Positions 6,985-15,005 of a DNA stretch of 64,000 nucleotides are shown here, one piece after another; positions within the stretch are counted from its first letter, which is position 1; each line of letters starts with the position of its first letter. Under the pieces are notes generated by a model. The model worked only from the letters and a program-made list of their open reading frames with translations, had not been told where the DNA came from and searched no databases. The stretch comes from Bacteroidales bacterium (lineage in GTDB: Bacteria; Bacteroidota; Bacteroidia; Bacteroidales; BM520), in NCBI GenBank assembly GCA_016285515.1, contig JAEEQW010000013.1:2619-66618 (forward strand), given 5' to 3'. The position numbers were made by a program, and so were the translations under genes.

Positions 6985-9183
6985 CTAAACGTGTAAATAA
7001 CAACGTAAATTCTCCTTCATTTCTTCCACATTCAATACTCCAAGAGCAAAGCCCTTACGGGTAAGTTCTACCGGAAGTATTTCATCATATTTGTCGAACA
7101 CCGGAGTTTCCTTGGGGTACAGAAGCGTCATGGGGTCAATCGGTTTATCCAATTCTTCCAGAATTATCTTGAAGAACTCCTCAGGTGTCACCTGCATGGA
7201 AAACTGCATGTAATAAGGTCTCATTGAGTCAAAACCCTTCAAACCGAGCCGCTGGGCACATTTAAGTCGGAGAAAACGTTCAGTGGCAAGAAACGAATAG
7301 CTTCCAAGCCACGGCAACAGACAGTACATGTTTCCTCCAAGATGGATCAGCGGTCTGACACCAAGTCCCGACTTACGGGCCGCATCACGTGCCTGAGCCA
7401 AACGTGCCTTGGCATTAGGAAGCAGATACGGATATTCCGTATCTTCCTGCAACACCTTGACCATACGCTGCAATATCCTGGTGTGGATGTCGCCCGGCTC
7501 TATCCCGAAATAAGCCGGTATAATACCCTTCACAGGATGACAATAAACCAAATGACGCTTTATGTCAACTTCTTCAACAACCCATACTCGACCGGCAATA
7601 GCAATCTTATCGTTTACAGGAGGCGGTTTCACGATTGTGCCAAGTTCCTCGGATTCACATTTGACGTTGTATTCCTCGTTTTCCTGAAACACAGCATAAA
7701 ATTTGAAATTGTTAACTATACGTTCACCGGCAAGGCCTAAAATCAGTCCCCCATTTTCAGTCTTTTGAATATGGTCGATGCTAATCAAATGCTGTAGAAG
7801 AATGCGGAAATCGTCCTGCGAAATATTTCGGAAATAACTTAGTGTCAACACTTTCTGGGCAAGTTCAGCAGGAGTCATCTCACCACCTGAGGCAAGTGTG
7901 CTCATAGTCTGATGATAAAGAAGGCTATAAGGCAACCTGCCGGTTCGCGGCGGTTCCACCCAATGTTCCTCAAGATATAGCTGTACGAGAGCGATACCCT
8001 GCAACAGTTTCCATGGAATAGTTTCAGGAAGCAAAGCCCTTGCTTCGGCATGTTCTTCACGCATCACAAACCACATTTCAGCAGGCGCCCCCCTTCTGCC
8101 TGTACGTCCCATACGCTGAAGAAACGATGACACTGTGAAAGGCGCATCCACCTGAAAGGCACGCTCCAGTCTGCCAATATCGATACCGAGTTCCAAAGTG
8201 GAAGTTGTACACACTGTTTTCAGACTCTCATCCTGCTTTATTTCCTGTTCGGCACTCTGACGATATGCGACTGAAAGATTGCCGTGGTGAATAAGAAACC
8301 TGTCGGGTTCATGTTTTGCCTCGCAGTATTGACGAAGAGTAGAGGTAACCGCCTCACATTCCTCTCGTGAGTTGGAAAAGACAAGGCATTTGTGACCACG
8401 TGTATATTCGTAGATATAATTGAGACCCGGGTCAAAAACAGTCTCGGTATTATCACCGGTCTTATCTGTGCCAGCCTGCGGCCCGTGATTGTAGAAATGT
8501 TCCATTGAAAGACGCCAGTGGACTCCAGACGACTTCAGACGCGGTATTACGGTTCCCCGACCTGTTCCTGCCGAAAGAAACCTACCAACTTCCTGTGTGT
8601 CACCAATTGTAGCCGAAAGTCCGATACGACGCGGATTTACGCCTGCAAGACGGGCAAGCCTTTCGATTATGCACAAAGTCTGTCCGCCACGGTCGCCACG
8701 CAAAAAGGAATGGATTTCATCAATGACAACAAATCGCAAATCGCCGAACAGATGCGGTATGTCGGCATGTTTGTGAAGAAGCATAGCCTCAAGGGATTCG
8801 GGAGTTATCTGAAGAATGCCTGAGGGATGCTGCATCAGTTTACGCTTCTGGCTCTGTGACACATCACCATGCCAATGCCATACCTGAATCCCGCCTTCCT
8901 CGCAGATGTCGTTCAGACGTATGAACTGGTCGTTGATGAGAGCTTTAAGTGGTGCTATGTACAGACATCCAACCGATGTCGGTGGGTCTTCCTGCATAAG
9001 CGTAATAATTGGGAAAAAAGCCGCCTCCGTCTTACCGGAAGCTGTTGAGGCTGAAAGCAATACATTTGAATCCGTGTTAAATATCGCATCCCCTGCCGCC
9101 GCCTGTATTGCCCTTAACTGCTCCCAGCCGCTCTGATAAATGTATTGCTGGATAAATGGCGAATATCGTGAGAAAATATCCAT
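6985..9183 (-). CDS. sngC: Shango SngC-like superfamily-2 DEAD/DEAH (Lhr / BrxHI-like) helicase
   Basis: Motif I ASTASGKTEA, motif II VIDEIH, motif III LSATI, motif VI QRMGRTGRR. It is the last gene of a tight three-gene minus-strand operon. Confidence 0.8.
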   Translation of the reverse strand: MDIFSRYSPFIQQYIYQSGWEQLRAIQAAAGDAIFNTDSNVLLSASTASGKTEAAFFPIITLMQEDPPTSVGCLYIAPLKALINDQFIRLNDICEEGGIQVWHWHGDVSQSQKRKLMQHPSGILQITPESLEAMLLHKHADIPHLFGDLRFVVIDEIHSFLRGDRGGQTLCIIERLARLAGVNPRRIGLSATIGDTQEVGRFLSAGTGRGTVIPRLKSSGVHWRLSMEHFYNHGPQAGTDKTGDNTETVFDPGLNYIYEYTRGHKCLVFSNSREECEAVTSTLRQYCEAKHEPDRFLIHHGNLSVAYRQSAEQEIKQDESLKTVCTTSTLELGIDIGRLERAFQVDAPFTVSSFLQRMGRTGRRGAPAEMWFVMREEHAEARALLPETIPWKLLQGIALVQLYLEEHWVEPPRTGRLPYSLLYHQTMSTLASGGEMTPAELAQKVLTLSYFRNISQDDFRILLQHLISIDHIQKTENGGLILGLAGERIVNNFKFYAVFQENEEYNVKCESEELGTIVKPPPVNDKIAIAGRVWVVEEVDIKRHLVYCHPVKGIIPAYFGIEPGDIHTRILQRMVKVLQEDTEYPYLLPNAKARLAQARDAARKSGLGVRPLIHLGGNMYCLLPWLGSYSFLATERFLRLKCAQRLGLKGFDSMRPYYMQFSMQVTPEEFFKIILEELDKPIDPMTLLYPKETPVFDKYDEILPVELTRKGFALGVLNVEEMKENLRCYLHV

Positions 9184-9197
9184 TTCTGAAGTATGAA

Positions 9198-10532
9198 TTA
9201 AATTGTGAAATCAGCGAAACCGGGATCTATGGCTTTATCTTCTGATTCCGGCTTTGCATATGAAAAGGCATCGCTCTGAAGCAACGATTTCACGTCACGG
9301 TCAGGATTTTGATAGAGAATGTCAAGCAATTCAATAAAATCACGTATGATTTCCCTCGGAGTGATGTTAGTATCAGCACCGATGCGGCCATACTCAATTC
9401 TGATAAAATCGGCAAGGTCGTTGTCAGTAAGTTTGGTTTCATAGCCATAAAGACTACTGTGAAGACCGGCAAGTTTTTCCGACAGCACCAGCATTTCCTC
9501 GTTTGTCAATGGTTGAAGCTTGATGACTGGTGCAAGCAGGTCCTCATCACTCTGTTTGGAAAATTTGCCTTCCTGAAGACGGGAACGCAAAGCCTCATAA
9601 CTGTATATACCCCGACGTGTATCCTCAACACACTGTGGTGTTCCGCACATTATCGTACCAATATATCGTGCCTTCCCCTGCAGGGCATCATTGTACATCG
9701 TAAGAATTTTTTCATAGTTGTACTGACGCGTTATCGCATTAGGTATCTTGTAAATATTGACCAACTCATCCACAAGCATCAGGAGTCCGCTATAACCAGC
9801 CTGCCGGAAGAAATATGCAAAGAGCTTAAGATACTCATACCAGTCGTCATCGCTGATAATCACATTCACCCCAAGGTCTTGACGCGCTTCTGTCTTGGTG
9901 GAATATTCGCCACGGAACCATTTCAGCACCCTGCCTTTCATGTCATCGTCATCATTGATGAAAGCCTTGTAGTATATCGAAAGAAGTCTTGCAAAATCAA
10001 AGCCATGGACAAGTTCATGCATTGAACGGATGACAGCGTAAATCTGCTGTACGACCTTCTGTTCGAATTCAGTCGAGTCAGGATTCAGCCCTGTACGTTC
10101 TGCCGTCTCAGTCTGCACTGAATTTATCCATTTGTCGAGAATCATGGATAGTGCCCCGCCTTCAGGTTTTGTCTTCACGCTGAGATTGCTGATAAGTTCA
10201 CGATAGGTTGCCAGTCCCTGTCCATGAGTCCCCTGCAATCTGCGTTCAGGTGAAAGGTCGGCATCCACGACAGCAAAACCTCTGTCCATCACATAGTTAC
10301 GAATAATCTGAAGCAGAAACGACTTGCCGCTGCCGTATTTTCCGACTATAAACCGAAAAGACGCACCGCCTTCGCTGATAATATCCACATCGTGAAGCAG
10401 TGCTTCTATTTCCTTTCGTCTGCCCACTGTAATGTAAGGCAATCCTATACGCGGCACCACCCCGCCCTTCAAAGAATTAAGTACCGTCTGTGCAATACGC
10501 CGCGGTATCCTCTGTATATTGTCTTTTGTCAT
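9198..10532 (-). CDS. sngB: Shango SngB-like P-loop ATPase (DUF2791 / BrxD-like)
   Basis: Walker A GKYGSGKSFLL and Walker B LLMLVDEL. The N-terminal pattern (VPRIGLPYITVGRRKEIEAL) is typical of DUF2791. Its start overlaps the upstream stop by 4 nt (ATGA). Confidence 0.75.
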   Translation of the reverse strand: MTKDNIQRIPRRIAQTVLNSLKGGVVPRIGLPYITVGRRKEIEALLHDVDIISEGGASFRFIVGKYGSGKSFLLQIIRNYVMDRGFAVVDADLSPERRLQGTHGQGLATYRELISNLSVKTKPEGGALSMILDKWINSVQTETAERTGLNPDSTEFEQKVVQQIYAVIRSMHELVHGFDFARLLSIYYKAFINDDDDMKGRVLKWFRGEYSTKTEARQDLGVNVIISDDDWYEYLKLFAYFFRQAGYSGLLMLVDELVNIYKIPNAITRQYNYEKILTMYNDALQGKARYIGTIMCGTPQCVEDTRRGIYSYEALRSRLQEGKFSKQSDEDLLAPVIKLQPLTNEEMLVLSEKLAGLHSSLYGYETKLTDNDLADFIRIEYGRIGADTNITPREIIRDFIELLDILYQNPDRDVKSLLQSDAFSYAKPESEDKAIDPGFADFTI

Positions 10533-12091
10533 AACATCCCAATAATTACATCTTTATAATCTTCCAATATTTCAGGACCGTTGCCTTCATCTACTATAAC
10601 GGTATCCTGAAATTCATCCATCAACTTTTCATTTATTCCATCAATCATAACACCTTCAGGAATATGTTTTCCCCTAAGAAAACTCTTCCAGTTGCCGCCA
10701 TTCAGCAGAAGATGCATAAAAGCAGTCTCATCTTCGTCGAGGACAGTATCAGATACCGTATCGACAGATGACAATTCTTTGTCGGAAATGGTATCATAAT
10801 CAGACATGACATTCTGATTTTCAATTTTGTCATCATCGGTGAGCATGGCATCGCGGACAACATCAGCATCAGAACGTATAGTATCAAGCTTTGACAAATC
10901 AATTTCTATTTTAGGCCGTGCAGCCTCCTCTTTTTCATGTGCATACTCATCAATCACATTCTGGATTAAAGACTCCATTTCCTCATCATCCATACGCTTT
11001 AAAGTCTTAGAGCCGCTATGAAATTTCAGTCTGATCCTACGGTCGGTTTCATTTATAATCATCCCCAGTTTATCTTCGTTTCGGCGGATGTTTCTTTCCT
11101 GAAACCTTTCAACCGACCACAGACCGTTATGGCAGTAATAATAACGCACCGGGCTAACTTCAAAAATCCGCTGCATGGGAGGGTCAGGATTATAAAAGAC
11201 CGCTCCTGAAAACATCGTGCATGACACCCGCTGTCTTGAACCAAAGCAGACGTTTACAATCTTCTTGTGTTCACGAGATTCAATGACAGGTATTGCATGA
11301 CGCATAACACGGACTAATATTTTACGATAGTCTTCAGGCATCTTGCCGTATGCTTTTGACTTTTCGATATTATACGTCGAAATCCGCATCAACACATCAA
11401 AAAACAAGGTATCATCAATATTTCTGTAATCGGCAAGAGCTGAAATATCCATGTCAGATTGAATCACTTTATTGAAGAATTCTCCACACTTGTCCGCAAG
11501 GTTATAATACACGATGTAATCACAAATCCAATATTTAAGATAAACTGAAATTCTTGGCTCACTTATTCTGTATGACTCAAAGAGTTCCTCAAGCAGTTCA
11601 TATCCTTCTTCAGGAGTTTTCACACCGACATTCATCAGAAGTTCATATACATAGACAAAAAGATATGAAACCGGAACTTCAGGATGAAGGCCGAGTCTCA
11701 GCATCTTTCTGATTGTGAAGTAGCTGCGCATCTGCACAACATTCATATCCTGATATGTAGGGTAATAACTTGAGAAATCCACAATTTCGGAATCATCCTT
11801 GAAATTTTCCATGAACTTTGCCTGCTGGTAGAATGACTTGTTGCGCGTAAACGACCATCTGTCTTCGTTTGTCATGTCAACCAACCTGCGTATCATTTCA
11901 GGGGTTTCATCTTCAAAATTGTAATAATTTTTTCTGGAAGGAACAATTTCCGGATTGTGCATTTCTTCAGGAGGCACGAAATCCCATAAGCCGTACTGGT
12001 CATCCGATGGACCGGCATGCTTTGTTAGCGGTATGTCTGTGTAAGCATCCGAAGAATTCATATTCACACGGTTAGCAGCCATCCGCTCCAC
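10529..12091 (-). CDS. sngA: Shango SngA-like TerB-N / TerB-C domain protein
   Basis: TerB-N hallmarks: YPTYQDMNVVQMRSYFTIRKMLRLG ... VSYLFVYVYELLMNVG. TerB-C-like tail: IEIDLSKLDTIRSDADVVRDAM ... LDEDETAFMHLLL ... INEKLMDEFQDTVI. An alternative start at 12061 (MNSSDAY) sits 2 nt after the stop of the small upstream ORF. Confidence 0.75.
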   Translation of the reverse strand: MERMAANRVNMNSSDAYTDIPLTKHAGPSDDQYGLWDFVPPEEMHNPEIVPSRKNYYNFEDETPEMIRRLVDMTNEDRWSFTRNKSFYQQAKFMENFKDDSEIVDFSSYYPTYQDMNVVQMRSYFTIRKMLRLGLHPEVPVSYLFVYVYELLMNVGVKTPEEGYELLEELFESYRISEPRISVYLKYWICDYIVYYNLADKCGEFFNKVIQSDMDISALADYRNIDDTLFFDVLMRISTYNIEKSKAYGKMPEDYRKILVRVMRHAIPVIESREHKKIVNVCFGSRQRVSCTMFSGAVFYNPDPPMQRIFEVSPVRYYYCHNGLWSVERFQERNIRRNEDKLGMIINETDRRIRLKFHSGSKTLKRMDDEEMESLIQNVIDEYAHEKEEAARPKIEIDLSKLDTIRSDADVVRDAMLTDDDKIENQNVMSDYDTISDKELSSVDTVSDTVLDEDETAFMHLLLNGGNWKSFLRGKHIPEGVMIDGINEKLMDEFQDTVIVDEGNGPEILEDYKDVIIGML

Positions 12092-12198
12092 TCGTAGTCA
12101 CGATAGAAAGAACCCTCACGGAACAGATGTACCACTGCACATTGCTCCAAGGAACCACGTTCCTTATCCTTCTCAAGTATTTCTTTCAGTTGTGACAT
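12064..12198 (-). CDS. Possible 44-aa small protein coupled to the Shango operon (uncertain)
   Basis: Translation MSQLKEILEKDKERGSLEQCAVVHLFREGSFYRDYEWSGWLLTV. Its stop TGA lies 2 nt before the alternative sngA ATG at 12061. It shares the lower-GC composition of the Shango genes. No family recognised. Confidence 0.3.
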   Translation of the reverse strand: MSQLKEILEKDKERGSLEQCAVVHLFREGSFYRDYEWSGWLLTV

Positions 12199-12236
12199 AT
12201 TGTTTTGTTTATTTATATTTTTATGATAATTCGCGA

Positions 12237-12297
12237 AAAAGTTGGCGGACGGGGTTGGGTAGCGCACTCCCGTGCGCACCCAGCCCGCCAACTTTTC
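12237..12297 (-). terminator. 61-nt near-perfect palindrome; rho-independent terminator for the FISUMP-like gene
   Basis: aaaagttggcgg (12237-12248) pairs perfectly with ccgccaactttt (12286-12297). Inner pairs are gggttgggt/acccagccc and gcgcac/gtgcgc. Read on the minus strand, the stem is followed by TTTTT. Confidence 0.6.
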
Positions 12298-12335
12298 GCC
12301 ATGCCTGTTCTGCCTGTGGGCGAACGGAACAAAGG

Positions 12336-12935
12336 TTAGTTCTGACGCGCGGAGCGCACTGCCCGGACGGATAGACCGTTGCTGCGGAGGTAGTCCATGT
12401 AGTAGCAGTCCGAACTGAAGTAGAAGCGCCACGCGCCGCCCGGGCGGCCCGTGAGGAGCGAACTCGACCAGTAGAGGCCACTCGACCCAACGGAGTAGAG
12501 ACCGCCGTCCCAACGGTGGCCCGCAGCGGGCAGGAAGAGACTGTTACCGTTGTTACCAGTGAAGAGCCTACCGTTTACACCGTTTTGGGTTGTCCATACA
12601 TTAGTGGTATTTTCCAGCAATTCTTCCCATTGGTCATCTGAGGGCATGCACCAGTCGCTGCCCCAGTTAGCTGTGGCAGCATCGTCACTCGGCAACAATG
12701 TTGTCAGGTTGTCGGTGAAGCCGTTGTTACCAAATTCAGAATCGTCGCAATACTTCGTGAGCTTGTCCCCACCACCGTTGCAGTACTTGTAGGTACTCCA
12801 GTCGTAAACGTTCTTCGGATGGATCTCGCCCCAAGCGAAATAGTCGCCATACTCCTCGGGTGAATTTGCACCAACATTGCAGGTGGCCCACAAGGTGCCG
12901 CTCGGCAATCCAAGGTCAACATAAGTTTTATTCAT
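12336..12935 (-). CDS. FISUMP / DUF1566-like domain protein (Fibrobacter succinogenes major paralogous domain-like), no signal peptide
   Basis: VDLGLPSGTLWATCNVGA ... YGDYFAWGE ... DDAATANWGSDWCMPSDDQWEEL ... NSLFLPAAGHR ... GSSGLYWSS ... GLSVRAV matches the conserved blocks of this domain family. It is very G+C-rich compared with its neighbours. Confidence 0.65.
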   Translation of the reverse strand: MNKTYVDLGLPSGTLWATCNVGANSPEEYGDYFAWGEIHPKNVYDWSTYKYCNGGGDKLTKYCDDSEFGNNGFTDNLTTLLPSDDAATANWGSDWCMPSDDQWEELLENTTNVWTTQNGVNGRLFTGNNGNSLFLPAAGHRWDGGLYSVGSSGLYWSSSLLTGRPGGAWRFYFSSDCYYMDYLRSNGLSVRAVRSARQN

Positions 12936-12972
12936 TTTTTATAAGTTTTATCCATTTTTCTTCTTTTCGGCT

Positions 12973-14556
12973 TCAAGCAACAATGTACTCTCCCACCGTC
13001 ATCGTGTCCCTGTCGAACTGAACACCAAACTTCACCACAGGCTTGCCCTCGGTCTGATAAGGTAGCGCATAGCCCTTGCCGTTGATTTGGTCTATGGCCT
13101 CCTGGGCTGTACCGTTCACCTTCAGCTCAAAGACATAGGTCATATCGGGCATCTGTACCACAAAATCGATTCTGCCATTGGCACACTTCACCTGTGTGCG
13201 GGCATACAGGTTCATCATGTTGAAAATCAGCCAGAACGTGTATTCGTAGAAGCCCTCGTAGTTCTTCACCTCCTCTAATTTCTTCTGGAAACCCTCCACA
13301 TACGGGATGCCCGCAAGAAATGCCTTCATCTCCTCCATCGCGGCGGTGATATCGTCCTTCTTCAAAGCGCGCCAAAAACGCAACGCGAAACCTTCCGTGT
13401 CGTTGCGCTTCAAGCCTGTATAGGCCGGCACCAAGCCCGAAACGAAGCCCGTCCGCACCTCCTTGTTCGGTATAGCGAGAATGTAGGTGTCCGACTCACG
13501 GTCGTAGTCCTTGATGGTGATGTAGCCGCTCTGGTACAGCAGCGGCAGCGCGTCCTCCATGTTCTCCGTTGGCTGGTCGAAAGCCGAGGCGCGTGCCTCT
13601 ATGCGCTCCATTGTGGTGATATCAGTCCTGTAGTGCTGCATCTGGCGGATGAGAAAGGTCGGTGTACCGCTCTCAAACCAGTAACTGCCTATGTCGCGAT
13701 GGTTGAAACATTTCAGCAGACTGAATGGGTTGTATATGTCGGGCGACTCCTTGGCAAAGCGGTAGCCGTCGTATTGTAGTTTCAGCTTGGCGTGCATCTC
13801 CTCGGGCGTGCACTCATACTCTTCCGCCAACATGGCGATGTCGGGGGCCATGTCGGTTTCAAGCTCATCCTCGGTGATGCCACAGATGGCCGCATACTTC
13901 GAGTCCATCGAGATGTTCGTCAGGTTGTTGATGGTCGAGAAAATGGAGAGCTGGCTAAACTTCGTTATCCCCGTGATAAAGCAAAAGCGTATCATCGCCT
14001 CGCTCGCCTTCAGCGGCTGGTAGAACTCCTGCATCACGCGGCGGAACTCGGGAAGCATGACCTCCTCGTGAAGCACCTCCAAAAGCGGTGCATCATACTC
14101 GTCAATGATGACCGCCACTTGCTTGCCCGTGCGCTCATAGGCGCGACGGATGATGCCCCGCAACACATCGCCGGGAAAGATCTCGTTGTCCTCTTTCCCG
14201 TACTTCTCAACCAATGTGTCCATCAAAAGCAGCAACACCCTCCGAAGCTCATCCACGGTATTGCGACCTTTCGCTAAGCTCAAGTCGAGATGAATGACAG
14301 GATACTGCTCCCATTCCGTTTCCAAATCCATGATTTTCAGGCCCTCGAAAAGGTCTTTCCGACCCTCAAAATAGGAGTCCAAGGTGGTCGTCAACAGACT
14401 CTTGCCGAATCGACGCGGACGGCTGAGGAAGACAAACGGGCTTTCCTTGGTCATCTTCCACACCAAGTCGGTCTTGTCGATGTAAAGGTAGTTCTCCCTC
14501 CTCAATCTCTCAAAAGTCTGGATGCCGACGGGGTATTTGCGTGACAATTTGTCCAT
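12973..14556 (-). CDS. AAA-ATPase-like (DUF1703) protein with C-terminal PD-(D/E)XK nuclease domain
   Basis: The N-terminus YPVGIQTFERLRRENYLYIDKTDLVWKM ... FLSRPRRFGKSLLTTTLDSYFEG is the signature of the Bacteroidales AAA-ATPase_like/PDDEXK_9 family. The C-terminal RIDFVVQ ... YVFELK fits a PD-(D/E)XK core. Confidence 0.8.
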   Translation of the reverse strand: MDKLSRKYPVGIQTFERLRRENYLYIDKTDLVWKMTKESPFVFLSRPRRFGKSLLTTTLDSYFEGRKDLFEGLKIMDLETEWEQYPVIHLDLSLAKGRNTVDELRRVLLLLMDTLVEKYGKEDNEIFPGDVLRGIIRRAYERTGKQVAVIIDEYDAPLLEVLHEEVMLPEFRRVMQEFYQPLKASEAMIRFCFITGITKFSQLSIFSTINNLTNISMDSKYAAICGITEDELETDMAPDIAMLAEEYECTPEEMHAKLKLQYDGYRFAKESPDIYNPFSLLKCFNHRDIGSYWFESGTPTFLIRQMQHYRTDITTMERIEARASAFDQPTENMEDALPLLYQSGYITIKDYDRESDTYILAIPNKEVRTGFVSGLVPAYTGLKRNDTEGFALRFWRALKKDDITAAMEEMKAFLAGIPYVEGFQKKLEEVKNYEGFYEYTFWLIFNMMNLYARTQVKCANGRIDFVVQMPDMTYVFELKVNGTAQEAIDQINGKGYALPYQTEGKPVVKFGVQFDRDTMTVGEYIVA

Positions 14557-14669
14557 GATGTTTCGCGCTTTTAACCTTGCAAAGATACAAAAACTTTTTA
14601 AAGGGCTATCAAATATGTGGACAAAGTGTTTTCCTTCCGTTTAATTTGCAATTGGTAACAAAAACATTG

Positions 14670-14677
14670 TATTTTTG
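14670..14677 (+). promoter_or_regulatory. -7 promoter box TATTTTTG
   Basis: A TAnnTTTG match 22 nt upstream of the ATG at 14700. Confidence 0.35.
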
Positions 14678-14699
14678 CAGTGTCAATCATCATGCTGAT

Positions 14700-15005
14700 A
14701 TGAAGAAAGTTAAAATCACTGTAATGTGCCGGACACAATATCCGGAGTTGTCACGGATTTATGAAAATCCTATAGAACATGCCTGCGATATGGTTGATGG
14801 AATGACGTTTGTGTCAGCGGATGCGCAGAAGCCGGAAGGTCTATGTGACAGTGCCTGGGGTTCTATGCGTGAGTTTGTGGAGACACTGGCTGCCGGCGGC
14901 GGCGATTTCTTCGATGGCTGGATGAAGAATCCTCATTCTGTGATGATTTCTTGCAATGATGGTTTCAGACCGGTGTCGTTTTTCATAGAAACAATAGAAG
15001 ACTGA
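14700..15005 (+). CDS. TIGR04076-family small protein
   Basis: About 101 aa: MKKVKITVMCRTQYPEL ... CDSAW ... GGGDFFDGWM ... VMISCNDGFRPVSFFIE fits this family's conserved pattern. The start was chosen after the promoter box. Confidence 0.6.
   Translation: MKKVKITVMCRTQYPELSRIYENPIEHACDMVDGMTFVSADAQKPEGLCDSAWGSMREFVETLAAGGGDFFDGWMKNPHSVMISCNDGFRPVSFFIETIED

Noticed and set aside
6985-10532. BREX (type 2) because of the BrxD-like ATPase and BrxHI-like helicase
   Set aside because: No PglX methyltransferase, PglZ phosphatase, PglW or PglY genes are present in the window. The third gene is a TerB-N/TerB-C protein, which fits Shango instead.
12064-12513. ORFs 12064-12513 (minus), 12221-12490 (minus) and 12192-12374 (plus) spanning the large palindrome
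   Set aside because: They are Arg/Ala/Gly-rich translations produced by the G+C-rich sequence and the palindrome, and they overlap the FISUMP-like gene. Only the terminal 44 codons (12064-12198) are retained as a weak candidate.
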